Source: a virus. Taken from it: DNA of 64,000 nt. The stretch is from positions 25,670 through 89,669 of the IMG/VR virus record IMGVR_UViG_3300007513_000984. One strand, written 5' to 3'. The number at the start of each line of letters is the position of its first letter. Positions within the stretch are counted from its first letter, which is position 1. The position numbers were made by a program, and so were the translations under genes. Positions 11,387 to 21,600 of this stretch are shown here, piece by piece. The notes beneath the pieces are model-generated. The model was given only the letters and a program-made list of their open reading frames with translations, was not told the DNA's origin and made no database searches.

Positions 11387-14300
11387 TTATTCGCCCACTA
11401 ATTCAGATTGTGCCAATTGTGTAATTATTTTTACATCGTTTGATGTTGTCACTGCCATAAACACTTCGTTTAAGGCACATGAGATGCTTAATAAGTTTGT
11501 AAATTCATTTGAAGAATATTTTGGTGTAATTACTACACTTGAAATATAATCTCCTAGTTCTTTATGTAAGTATGCCGCAAGTTCTGAGAAGTAGAATGTA
11601 GCACCGAAGTCCCAGTTATCAATTGCAAAATATTCATTTACTTTTTTAGATACTTCTGTTTTTATTTCACTATCAGTATAACCTACACCTAATCTTTTAA
11701 TAACTTTAAATATTGCTTGATTCTCGTCTTCAGCATATGAACCGAACAAGTATTTAAACTCTACTGGAATATAAGCAACGTGGTCAGCGATGGCTGCCTT
11801 AGGCTCAATTGTGTCCATTATTTTTGATAATTCAAAGTTATTAGGAGCAACTGGCATAGAAGTTGTAAAGTTGTTTGCTATCCATTTTTCTACGTTTCTT
11901 ACGTAATCTGAAGTTAATACATACATGTCAACAATGTTACTTGTACTAGGGTCTATTCGTTTGTCTACATCTGCATAATGTTCCCATCTGAAACTTGCAA
12001 AGTTATCTTCAACGAAAGTTATTCCTTCTTTTACTGAGTAAGTAACTGTGTTATATACTATATCATCACCACCTGCACTTGTATATGTGAAACTTGAATT
12101 CCAAACACCACCTATACGTTTATACCATGTACTATTTGTTGAGTTAAACCACAATGTAGCAGTTGATGGTACTGATTCATCTGGGACTGTTGGTCCAGAA
12201 TCTTGTGCGGCCGCTATTGCAACCTTTGATGCTCTTTCGTATGTTATGTTATTTTCTATATAACTTTCTAATACAATCTTCTGACTAGCAGTAATATCCA
12301 GAATACTATATGGATGGTCATCAACATTTGATGCGAATAGTTTAACTTTTGTATTATCTTTATAACCAGCACCTGTCAAGTAATCATCATATACATATGA
12401 TGCCATAGACTTATATATTGCTGTTGTTGTATTTGTTTGTGTTGCTAAATCAAATGATGCTTTAACTCTCACTGAGTAATCTGCAATATCAGTTAATGTT
12501 GTCGGCGTACCAACAAACACGTCAATTAGGTCGCCAACTGAAATTGCATATGTCCAGAAAATAACTTTATATGTATTGCCTGAAGTATTTGTAACTGTAG
12601 TGTGGGCGGCATCAATAAATGCTCCAGTTTCCGTTCTAAGTAGTATATTACTAGTTGTAAGTGCAGTTGCACTTGTTATTGAGAATTCTCCATAAGCATA
12701 CTGTTTGAAATCTATGTCATCGTCAAGTGTGTTGATTTGGAATGTTGTTTGCCAAGGTAACACAAATGTATATTCTGATATTCCTGATGCATAAGTTACT
12801 ACCATATCATTTTGTTCTGCGGCATCAGAGTTGTCTCTAAAAACCCAATTGCTAGTTGCAGAAGCCGTGTTAAAATAATCTAAAGATATTTTTCCTTTAA
12901 AGCCAAAAGTAGTAAGGTCACTAGTACTGATAGTTGTAAAAGAACTGTCTGCGTTTGCTAAAGTTTTTATATCTCCAGGTTCACCTTCATAATTTATAGT
13001 AATATTTGTCAGAGAAGTATTAGTTTCTGAAGATGCTGTAACTGGACTGTCTAATCCTATAGTACTGGATAAGGACGTTATTGTTGACAAGTCATCAATT
13101 CTTAATTGAAGTTTGTCTATGCCGTCTCCTAAATCTGTAGCATCGCCAATAATTTTACCTGATGCTGACGTTGGCGCAATTATGTGTGATGCTAGTAATG
13201 GATATTCTAATCCATCTGGCGATATCAAAGAATGAGTATATGCTGTGCCTGAAACTCCAACTGCTGAATTTTCTGCAAACTCATATGATTCTCTTGCTCC
13301 AGTGTATTGAAACTCAGCATCAAATTCTGCACCAACTGTATTATATACTGATGAGTTCGTTACTGGTGCTTGTCCTACAGTAATTGCGTCACCTGTTGTG
13401 GTACCAAAACCAGAACTAGTTCCACCAGTTGTTAGATAGTTTAGATATATTGCATCTCTCGTTGATAAGTTAGTTTCATTATCAATTACGTCTGTGGTGT
13501 TACCATAGAAGAACTTGACTTGGTCTCTACTTTCAAATGCTATTTTTTTACCTGTGAATGTTGCTACATATTCTGATTCATTGTCTCTAATACCAGAACT
13601 GTAGTTAAACACTACATGGCATTCTGTTGGAGTTCCTGATATCGTATGTAATTGCCATTCCCATAAATTTGTTTCACCTGTTTTTATTGCATATTTTATT
13701 GTAAATGTTTCTTCACTAACACTATCGACTTTAGTTTTTATTGATGTTATTTCTGCTTCTGTAAATTTAGTTCTCAATCCTCTTACTACGTTTACAATAG
13801 TTCCATTTTCTTGGATTGCTTTGTTTAGTGTATAAGTAGTTCCTGAGACTTCCATAACTTTTGCCCATGTGGTTTTTCCTGATGCTGATAATAATTCAAA
13901 AATATCACCTTCATTTACAACGTTTGCAACTGTTGGTGCTAAAATCTTCATCTGATTACTAGTATCGTATGTATAGTTCCTTGCTAAAGGAACTAAAATA
14001 CTAACATCTCCTCTATATTTGTGAAAAAAGGAATTTAAAAAACTTGGATGTTTTATTGCTTTAGTAAGTTCGTTTCTTATAAAGTTATCACTGTTACCTT
14101 GTAATTTATTATAACTTAATGGAATCTTTATGGTTTCATCTTCGACAAATAATGAGCCGTCTGAACCAGTAACACTTAAGTTTGAGTGATGTCCGAGAAC
14201 ATCATCCATCTCATAAAAACGAGAGTTGCCTGCAAAAGAAGTATTTACCGATTTAACTTTTCTAACAATATTAGTTCCAAGAGATAATGGATATACGTTA

Positions 14301-15613
14301 TAATCTTGTGCATTGACCATTCTATCTTGTGAGTAGTAACTTCTTGGAGCAGTTCTGCGTATACTTCCGTAAGTTTCGCCAGAATAGTTCTCAGTGAAAT
14401 CTATAGTACTTGTTAGTGTTAAAGTTAATCTATATGTTCTGTTGTCACTTCCTGTATATGGAATTGTTATGACTTGATTTGTAATATCATTTGCGTTTAC
14501 AGTAAAGTTTTCATTGTCTACTGTTCTGTACCATGTTCTATATACACCAGTTGCGGCATTACCAAACACACCATCTGGATATTGTAGTTCAATTCCGTTG
14601 TTCTCTATTGAGTTGACACTTACAAGGTCTCCAGAGCCAGTTCGTAAAGCATTATAAATTGCAGTTTCACGTGTATCATTATCTACTTTTACTACACTTG
14701 AAGCGTAGTCTCTTTGTGAATCTAGTTTTTGTATCCATACATCAGAGTTTGATATATTAATATCTCTAATCGATTGTGTTCTGTTTGAGATTGTTGTAGT
14801 GTAATTTTCATCTTTAGAATTTAATACTCCAGCAACTGCAAAGACAAAGAAGCCTGTTCTGTCACTAGCAGAGCCCAGATTATCATTACGATTTATAATT
14901 GTAAAATTGTTGCTTAGATTTGGTTCATCTTCATAAATCGTTGAAGATGCCACATCAATCTTTACACGAACCGCTTCGAAGTCTCTAGTTTTTCCACCTA
15001 CATTAGGAGAAAATGGATAGTTTATATTTTTTGAATTTGCATCTTCGTTAATTTCATACAAAGAATGTTCTACATCTGCGATTGTTAATTTAGATGTAGG
15101 ATTTTGAATTTTGGTAGTTCCAGAGAAAGAAGAATTTAAGATACTGATAAAGTTTTCATACCAGTCTATATTGTTGCTGTCGTTCCAATTAATAACTTTT
15201 CCAGCAAGAGTGACTCCTTCATTGTCTAATACATCTTCGGTAGTTGTGACACTTGAAATCTTCATAAAGCCCTTTGCGTTAATTGGGCGTGTCTTATTAT
15301 ATCCTAAAGTTTTAGCCATCTGAAGAATACTTGCTCTACGTTCAGCAGTATCCATAAAGTTTTCTCTAGTGTTCATGTCTAGTCTAAATGCTAAACTGTG
15401 TCCTAGATATGCAACTAAATCTAAAATTGCAATGAATTCTGAACTTGCTATAAAGTCATTGAATTTGTCGGGATAGGTCTTTGATGTGTATTCTAGTAAG
15501 GCCGCTCTAATCGTATCAAAGTCATATGCCTTAAGACTAACGTTAGTGAAAGCAGTATAAACTGTTGTCCAACTCTCACTTGCGAATAAATTGTCTGTAC
15601 GTTCTTGGCTCAT
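11387..15613 (-). CDS. gp6: Baseplate wedge subunit (T4 gp6-like)
   Basis: YDFDTIR...FNDFIASSEF...ENFMDTAERRASIL..AKTLGY and APRSYYSQDRMVNAQDY (gp6/baseplate J motifs); follows gp25. Confidence 0.85.
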   Translation of the reverse strand: MSQERTDNLFASESWTTVYTAFTNVSLKAYDFDTIRAALLEYTSKTYPDKFNDFIASSEFIAILDLVAYLGHSLAFRLDMNTRENFMDTAERRASILQMAKTLGYNKTRPINAKGFMKISSVTTTEDVLDNEGVTLAGKVINWNDSNNIDWYENFISILNSSFSGTTKIQNPTSKLTIADVEHSLYEINEDANSKNINYPFSPNVGGKTRDFEAVRVKIDVASSTIYEDEPNLSNNFTIINRNDNLGSASDRTGFFVFAVAGVLNSKDENYTTTISNRTQSIRDINISNSDVWIQKLDSQRDYASSVVKVDNDTRETAIYNALRTGSGDLVSVNSIENNGIELQYPDGVFGNAATGVYRTWYRTVDNENFTVNANDITNQVITIPYTGSDNRTYRLTLTLTSTIDFTENYSGETYGSIRRTAPRSYYSQDRMVNAQDYNVYPLSLGTNIVRKVKSVNTSFAGNSRFYEMDDVLGHHSNLSVTGSDGSLFVEDETIKIPLSYNKLQGNSDNFIRNELTKAIKHPSFLNSFFHKYRGDVSILVPLARNYTYDTSNQMKILAPTVANVVNEGDIFELLSASGKTTWAKVMEVSGTTYTLNKAIQENGTIVNVVRGLRTKFTEAEITSIKTKVDSVSEETFTIKYAIKTGETNLWEWQLHTISGTPTECHVVFNYSSGIRDNESEYVATFTGKKIAFESRDQVKFFYGNTTDVIDNETNLSTRDAIYLNYLTTGGTSSGFGTTTGDAITVGQAPVTNSSVYNTVGAEFDAEFQYTGARESYEFAENSAVGVSGTAYTHSLISPDGLEYPLLASHIIAPTSASGKIIGDATDLGDGIDKLQLRIDDLSTITSLSSTIGLDSPVTASSETNTSLTNITINYEGEPGDIKTLANADSSFTTISTSDLTTFGFKGKISLDYFNTASATSNWVFRDNSDAAEQNDMVVTYASGISEYTFVLPWQTTFQINTLDDDIDFKQYAYGEFSITSATALTTSNILLRTETGAFIDAAHTTVTNTSGNTYKVIFWTYAISVGDLIDVFVGTPTTLTDIADYSVRVKASFDLATQTNTTTAIYKSMASYVYDDYLTGAGYKDNTKVKLFASNVDDHPYSILDITASQKIVLESYIENNITYERASKVAIAAAQDSGPTVPDESVPSTATLWFNSTNSTWYKRIGGVWNSSFTYTSAGGDDIVYNTVTYSVKEGITFVEDNFASFRWEHYADVDKRIDPSTSNIVDMYVLTSDYVRNVEKWIANNFTTSMPVAPNNFELSKIMDTIEPKAAIADHVAYIPVEFKYLFGSYAEDENQAIFKVIKRLGVGYTDSEIKTEVSKKVNEYFAIDNWDFGATFYFSELAAYLHKELGDYISSVVITPKYSSNEFTNLLSISCALNEVFMAVTTSNDVKIITQLAQSELVGE

Positions 15614-15626
15614 AATATTCTCTCTG

Positions 15627-15983
15627 TTATTCTCTTGCTAAGTCTATACTCAACTCTATTGGCTCATTTGATGGCAATATTTTAAGTCGTAACATAGCAT
15701 TTACTGTGTGGTCCGAGTCAGTAATGTCTACGCTAACAAAACTACATCTCGGGTCATCATTTATAATGTCTGTTAAATCTTCTTCAATCAACTCAGTTGT
15801 TTCTTCAGTTAGCGGCTCAAACATCATATCGTGAATAATTGACCCATAAGTAGGCAACATCACTCGTTCGCCTTTTCGGGTCATGATATGATTCATAAGG
15901 TCCTCAATCACCAAGTCCTTATCATGCAACTCGTGATTTATCGCATTTGTATTTTTGGTACTAAAACCTGTGAATAGTGGCAT
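15627..15983 (-). CDS. gp25: Baseplate wedge / sheath initiator (gp25-like)
   Basis: 118 aa; TRKGERVMLPTYGSIIHDMMFEP...DPR motif. Confidence 0.9.
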   Translation of the reverse strand: MPLFTGFSTKNTNAINHELHDKDLVIEDLMNHIMTRKGERVMLPTYGSIIHDMMFEPLTEETTELIEEDLTDIINDDPRCSFVSVDITDSDHTVNAMLRLKILPSNEPIELSIDLARE

Positions 15984-16016
15984 AACTTTATTTTCTCTGT
16001 AGTTTATTTATAAATG

Positions 16017-16045
16017 TATTTATCTCCTCTTAATATTCGTAGTTT
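16017..16045 (-). promoter_or_regulatory. Late promoter GATAAATA with upstream AAACTACG element (gp25-gp6-gp7 operon)
   Basis: Minus strand AAACTACG-N13-GATAAATA; core resembles T4 late TATAAATA. Confidence 0.7.
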
Positions 16046-16049
16046 TAGA

Positions 16050-16089
16050 TTGACAAATGGATGCAATTCTGTTATTATAGTACTAAATA
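16050..16089 (+). promoter_or_regulatory. sigma70-type promoter plus late-type motif for clpP
   Basis: TTGACA-N17-TATTAT at 16050-16078; CTAAATA at 16083-16089. Confidence 0.75.
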
Positions 16090-16121
16090 ATACTATTAAT
16101 TATACTAAAGGATAATAATTT

Positions 16122-16712
16122 ATGCCAAATCTAGTACCAATGGTCGTAGACCAATCAACTAATGGAGAACGTAGTTACGATATTTTCTCTCGTTTATTAA
16201 AAGAAAGAGTCTTATTTTTGACTAATGATATCAATGACTATCAGGCAGACTTAATCTGTGCCCAGTTATTATTCTTAGAAGCAGAAAACCAAGACAAAGA
16301 TATACATTTTTACATCAATTCACCGGGTGGTGCAGTGACCTCTGGCATGGCAATTTACGATACAATGCAGTTTATTAAGTGTCCGGTAGCAACTACTGTG
16401 ATGGGTCAAGCATGTTCAATGGGTTCATTACTTGCTCAGGCTGGTGCTAAAGGAAAACGACATGTATTGCCAAACAGTCGCACTATGATACATCAACCAA
16501 GTGGTGGTGCAGGTGGACAAGCAACAGATATGAAGATTCAAGTTGATGAGATTATGAAAATGAAGAAAAGATTAACTCAAATCTATGTAACTCATAATAC
16601 TGCTGGAAAGAAATTCGATGAATTGACTGCGGCGATGGAACGTGATAATTACTTGGATGCTGAAGAAACAGTAGCATTTGGTCTAGCAGATAAAGTTATA
16701 TCAAGTCGTTAA
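16122..16712 (+). CDS. clpP: ATP-dependent Clp protease proteolytic subunit
   Basis: [22 protein letters not shown], catalytic Ser (QACSMG), His (MIHQP) and Asp (ERDNY). Confidence 0.97.
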   Translation: MPNLVPMVVDQSTNGERSYDIFSRLLKERVLFLTNDINDYQADLICAQLLFLEAENQDKDIHFYINSPGGAVTSGMAIYDTMQFIKCPVATTVMGQACSMGSLLAQAGAKGKRHVLPNSRTMIHQPSGGAGGQATDMKIQVDEIMKMKKRLTQIYVTHNTAGKKFDELTAAMERDNYLDAEETVAFGLADKVISSR

Positions 16713-17341
16713 AATCCCGGAACAAAACTAAACAATTTAGCAGTTTTTATTTTTTGACTTGCTAGTGTTTCGTTTACTTTTCCGTTCTCTTTTATATTCT
16801 TTTGAATTTCGTCTGTTATTGAGTACCAGTCTTGTGCATTTATAAGTGCAACAATCGAACTATTTTCTATAGTGTCAATCCCCTCATTAAAGAAATGATA
16901 CAATAATGCATCATAATGTGGTTGTGAAATTTTTACTTTAACGAATCTCTCTAATACATTACCAATATTTCTTAATTGTTTCTCTAAGATAAAATCTGCC
17001 ATTCCTTTTGTTATCTTATTGGTTGTGATATCTATTCTTGTAGACGAAACAGTAATATAACCATAATTTATCTCAGTATCAGATATTTTATAATTATATC
17101 CAACTATGTTATCTTTAACTGTGAGTGTGGGTTTATTATCTAATATAATTGCATCTTTGCTCATTGACGAGAATGTCAAATCTTTTATATCTACCATGTC
17201 TACTTTTACATGCGATAGTATATATGTAGGATTACCATTCGTATGATATCCTGTTCCCAAAAATGTACCATTCTCAGTTATAACATGCAATGGTAACTGA
17301 ATGTAATTTAGTAATGAACCTTTTCGTTTATCATATATCAT
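16709..17341 (-). CDS. GH24 lysozyme-like protein, apparently catalytically degenerate
   Basis: [21 protein letters not shown] and [18 protein letters not shown] resemble GH24 C-lobe motifs; follows the gp5-like gene. Confidence 0.6.
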   Translation of the reverse strand: MIYDKRKGSLLNYIQLPLHVITENGTFLGTGYHTNGNPTYILSHVKVDMVDIKDLTFSSMSKDAIILDNKPTLTVKDNIVGYNYKISDTEINYGYITVSSTRIDITTNKITKGMADFILEKQLRNIGNVLERFVKVKISQPHYDALLYHFFNEGIDTIENSSIVALINAQDWYSITDEIQKNIKENGKVNETLASQKIKTAKLFSFVPGF

Positions 17342-17353
17342 AGTCTAATATTC

Positions 17354-18637
17354 CTATCGATGTGGATTTCCAGAAGAACTTCTGGGCATCCCTGCTCTTG
17401 CTAAGCCGTTATCACTAGCAGAATCTATTGCAAATTGGCTTGTTGATAATTTTTTAGAATGAGGTCTAACAAAAGGTTCGTGTGTTGGCATTTCAGATAC
17501 AATAGTATCTTTAACTATTGTACATGCTAAATCTTGCATATCTGGATGTTCTGTAACTAGAATAAGTTCTGATTCTGGTGCAGTTGGACCATTCAAGTGC
17601 AATTTACCACCAGTTGTTACAATACCATTAACTCCAACATTCACATTAAGAGTTGATTCAGTCTGTAACATTGTATTGCCTTTACTTCGTAAATGTATTT
17701 CTTTATCTGAATTAACTTTAGTATTTCCTTCGATGCTCTTAATATTGACGTTTTCTTTTGCTTCAAGATTTATATTTTTATCGGCTCGAACATTGAAGTC
17801 TTTCTCGGTTCTCATATTTAACGAGCCTTCTGCATATACCATAACTTCGCCACTTGCCCCAATCTCTACCCATCCAGAACCAGAACTGTTAACAACGTAA
17901 ATAAAATCATTTCCGCCATCTAATATAACTCCAGCACCCGAAGAAGTTACTATTCTTATTTGCTCAGGATGAATTGTTCCATCTTCACCGACACTTCCAT
18001 CATCTATAGAAAAAGAAGACCCACCTGATGATTTAATTCCCATAACTTTAGAATGCTGTGTTCTGTCATATGCGGCATCTCTACGAGGAGTTGTAGTTGT
18101 TGTTCCTCTTAGAGTATCACTAAATGTTCCTTGGTCAGCAATTATCTTATTTGTTGGACTGTTTGGTAATGTTTCGGCATCCAGTTCTACATCGTGTTGG
18201 TCTTCTGGTGATTTCATTGTTGGTGTGTCAGCAAAAAGACCTTCACCCAAGCCACTTCCATCAACTTTACCTTTTCCAGAAGCACCACCACTAACTATGT
18301 CAACTATATCGGTTGATGTTGCGAACCAAAATCCCTCTGTTAAGTTACCATTATCAGCGAAGAACACAAGAATTGTAGTGCCTGTTTTGTCTGGAACATT
18401 AAACAATGCACCTGTTTGTGCATGTCTAAAATATCTTGGCTCGTCTGGACTATCTCCTAGTGCAGGAACATATGCGGCTATAATGCCTTGTCCTGTAGGG
18501 TCAATAAATTTCTCACCAAGTGAGTTTTCCGTAATAACAACAGCCTTGTATACTCCATTTCCTAGATGGCCAAGAACTTTTGATGAGTTCTTCTCTTTGT
18601 TAAGTGCATTTACTAATGAATTTCCTCTACCTGACAT
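17354..18637 (-). CDS. gp5: Baseplate hub central spike (gp5/VgrG-like)
   Basis: OB-fold motif IDPTGQGIIAAYVP...PDKTGTTILVFF; C-terminal beta-helix-type repeats ending LHLNGP and MPTHEPF. Confidence 0.75.
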   Translation of the reverse strand: MSGRGNSLVNALNKEKNSSKVLGHLGNGVYKAVVITENSLGEKFIDPTGQGIIAAYVPALGDSPDEPRYFRHAQTGALFNVPDKTGTTILVFFADNGNLTEGFWFATSTDIVDIVSGGASGKGKVDGSGLGEGLFADTPTMKSPEDQHDVELDAETLPNSPTNKIIADQGTFSDTLRGTTTTTPRRDAAYDRTQHSKVMGIKSSGGSSFSIDDGSVGEDGTIHPEQIRIVTSSGAGVILDGGNDFIYVVNSSGSGWVEIGASGEVMVYAEGSLNMRTEKDFNVRADKNINLEAKENVNIKSIEGNTKVNSDKEIHLRSKGNTMLQTESTLNVNVGVNGIVTTGGKLHLNGPTAPESELILVTEHPDMQDLACTIVKDTIVSEMPTHEPFVRPHSKKLSTSQFAIDSASDNGLARAGMPRSSSGNPHR

Positions 18638-18651
18638 ATTTTTCTCCTTTA

Positions 18652-21600
18652 TTACTTGTCGATATAAAATTTATCACCTGTTAATGTTAACATAAGCGAC
18701 CCATCATTATCTTTAGGAAGTTTACCATCTATAAGTTGGCTCTTTTGTCCTGATATGATATCTGGAAATAAATCTGCAACTTTTCCCATTAAAACATTAT
18801 AGTCTTTTGCATATGATGGATTTATATCATTGTATGTAGTCGTATGTATGCCAAAATATGCACTAGGATTACTAATTGTTTGTGAGACTCCATTTGCATC
18901 AGTGTATGTAATTGGTCCAATGTTACTAAAGTCTTTAACTTGAATATTCTGTCCCAAATCGTCAGTCACAGTAGTCATGTCTCCATAATCACTACTAACT
19001 AATATTTGGTATATCTTTTTAGCCTCTCTATATTGGTCAACCTTATCAGGATTCTGCATTGCATATCGCCAACCAACACCTCCTACATAATCCTTGGAAA
19101 ATCTTGAGTTTGTTAAACTTCCCGGTAATATAATATCCGCAGTGTTAATGTCTGTTTTCACCAAGATTGGTGCTTGGTCGACCTCAATTTGGTCAACTGG
19201 ATTTTTTATTGGAATATAAGTTGTATCTCCATTAGAATCTACCATAGTTGCCACATTAGTCATATTTTCTGCTGGTAGAGTAAGGTCCTTTATTGCCATC
19301 TGTAATTCAAGTTCTTCTAGATTTTTAATTTCTACATCTCGATGTGTACTATCAAAATAATATCCATCTAGATTTGTGTTGGATAGAGTTGCGTCTGCTG
19401 ATAAGGTCGCTAATTCATGTTGAAGTTTACCAACATGTACAGCCGAAGTCAAGTCACTACGATGACTTCCATCTGTTGCTGATGAATTGATAGCATTGAT
19501 ATCGTTAACTAAACCAGTGGCTTTTTGATACTCGTCATCAGTAAGTCCATCTAACATTACAGAAGAATTAATTTTGTCCGCTAACGCATTTTTTATTAAA
19601 ACCTTATCTGTAACATTAAGAACTAATTCTTTAATATCTAACTGATTATTAAGCATTTCATTTGCATTATCTGTCCATAGATATTGTTCCGCAAGTAATT
19701 CGGGTATTAATCCAGCACCATGCTGGTCTCTTAATGAGCCGGCAAATATAATCTCATCAAGTTCATCAACTTTAGAATTTATTGCACTTACTTCATCATC
19801 AGTTAGAGTACCTTCTTTAATTCCTGTACATTCTAGTCTTCTTGTATCTGGATTAAATTTTTCTTTAGGACAAGACTCGTCTGTTATTTCATTAACTTTT
19901 TCTTTAAACCAATAAGTATTTTTCCAATCGTTGTTTGAATTTGGATATCTTATTTGGTCGTCATATGCTTTTTTCTCATCCCACGTTTTAGCATCTGTAT
20001 TAATATTTACATCTTCTGTTTCTTCGACATTAAGTAGCGATTCGCCAGACAAAATAGCATTGTCTAGACTTGCTCCCAATGGTAGAGAACTAAAATGATA
20101 CGTTGGTGTTCTTTCGTTTGTATAATCTCTGATTATTCGTTCTATATCTTCTGGGTCATGTCCTGTAATGTTAAGAGGAATTCCAGCAGTATGTTGCAAC
20201 ATTGCAACTTCATATTGACTTACGACTGCCCCACCGGCTATTGCATTATTAATCGCATTGTTCATTGTCGTTGCTGTTGATAACTTTCCTATATCATCCG
20301 TGGTTAGTCCAAACGGTGCTAATATATCATTCTTAGAATTTTCTAATTGGTCACAAACACTTTGATTTCCGCCTTCGCATTGTTTTTTTATCCCTTTAAC
20401 TTTTTCCATATAATGCGCCGCCTCTGCTTGTCTAATAATTCCATCGTTAGTGTAGTTAATTACTGGAGGATTTCCTGCAACCATATTGGTGGTATTGGTT
20501 TTAATACTCTCTGTTTTGTTATCTAACTTTTCATTTTCTTTTTCAATTTGCGCCGCTCTCATTTCTCCTAATGATTTTATGATATAATCTTTAATCTTCA
20601 CTATTACCGGTTCGCCACTGTGCAACCCAATATGTTCGTTAATTATTTTGTTCGTTTCTACGATTTCTATAGGACCGGTTGCTTCTGAATCAATGATAGG
20701 CTCTCCGTCGTGTATATTAGGATAGTTCCTATCATCTACTTCATGCACTTTAACTTTGGTAGTCTCAGATGGAAAATGTTCTGCTTCAGGAACTTTTACC
20801 AGATGTAATGACTGTTGAAACACACCGTTGCTAAAAGTACTTGTTATTGTGGTGACTATGTATAAACTAAAAACCATAGTTCTAGTCATCATGTTTTCAT
20901 TTTCGTCAACACCCTTTGCTATTCCAGATTTCAGTATTAGATGTGGGAACCCATTTATGTTAGTTACCTCATGAAACTCTTTCGAGGAACCGTTATTACC
21001 AAAAATCTTTTTCTTGCTTTGTGGTGGCGAGTTTCCTTCTAACCAAAAAGGGTCACCCTTAATAGTCATGTCTGCTTTGTTCATACTCAGTCTTCCACCT
21101 TTTGCTTCGTAATATTTCTCTCTTGCCATTGTAATATGTGCCTTATCTTCGGATGTTGTGCTAGAGGTCAAAGTTACTTGGCTTTTATTAGTGACATTAT
21201 CAGCAGTATTTCCAACTAATCTTCTAAATGTAATTGGATTGCTTGCCTGTGATGCAAGTATAGTTTCGAAATCTCCATTAGATAGTTTACTAATGAAGTC
21301 TCTATCTAGATTTTCTGCAAGTATCAAGTTTTTTCCATTAGATATAACTGTCTTCATCTTAATATTCTCAAATACTGCTTGTCCTGCCTGGCTAAGTCCT
21401 GATTCAATCTTGTTATTGATTTTCGTAGCCATTATATCATTAAGTTGGTCTGTATATTCACTTCTGCTCTCATTGAATGCAGTATCGCTTTTTTTCTGTT
21501 TTTCAGCCAACTCTGCAATCGTATCTTTCAGGCTTTCTCTATCCTTCAGCCTTGCTCCATAATTAATCTCTTTCTTCACGTCACTAAATGGGTCGGCTGC

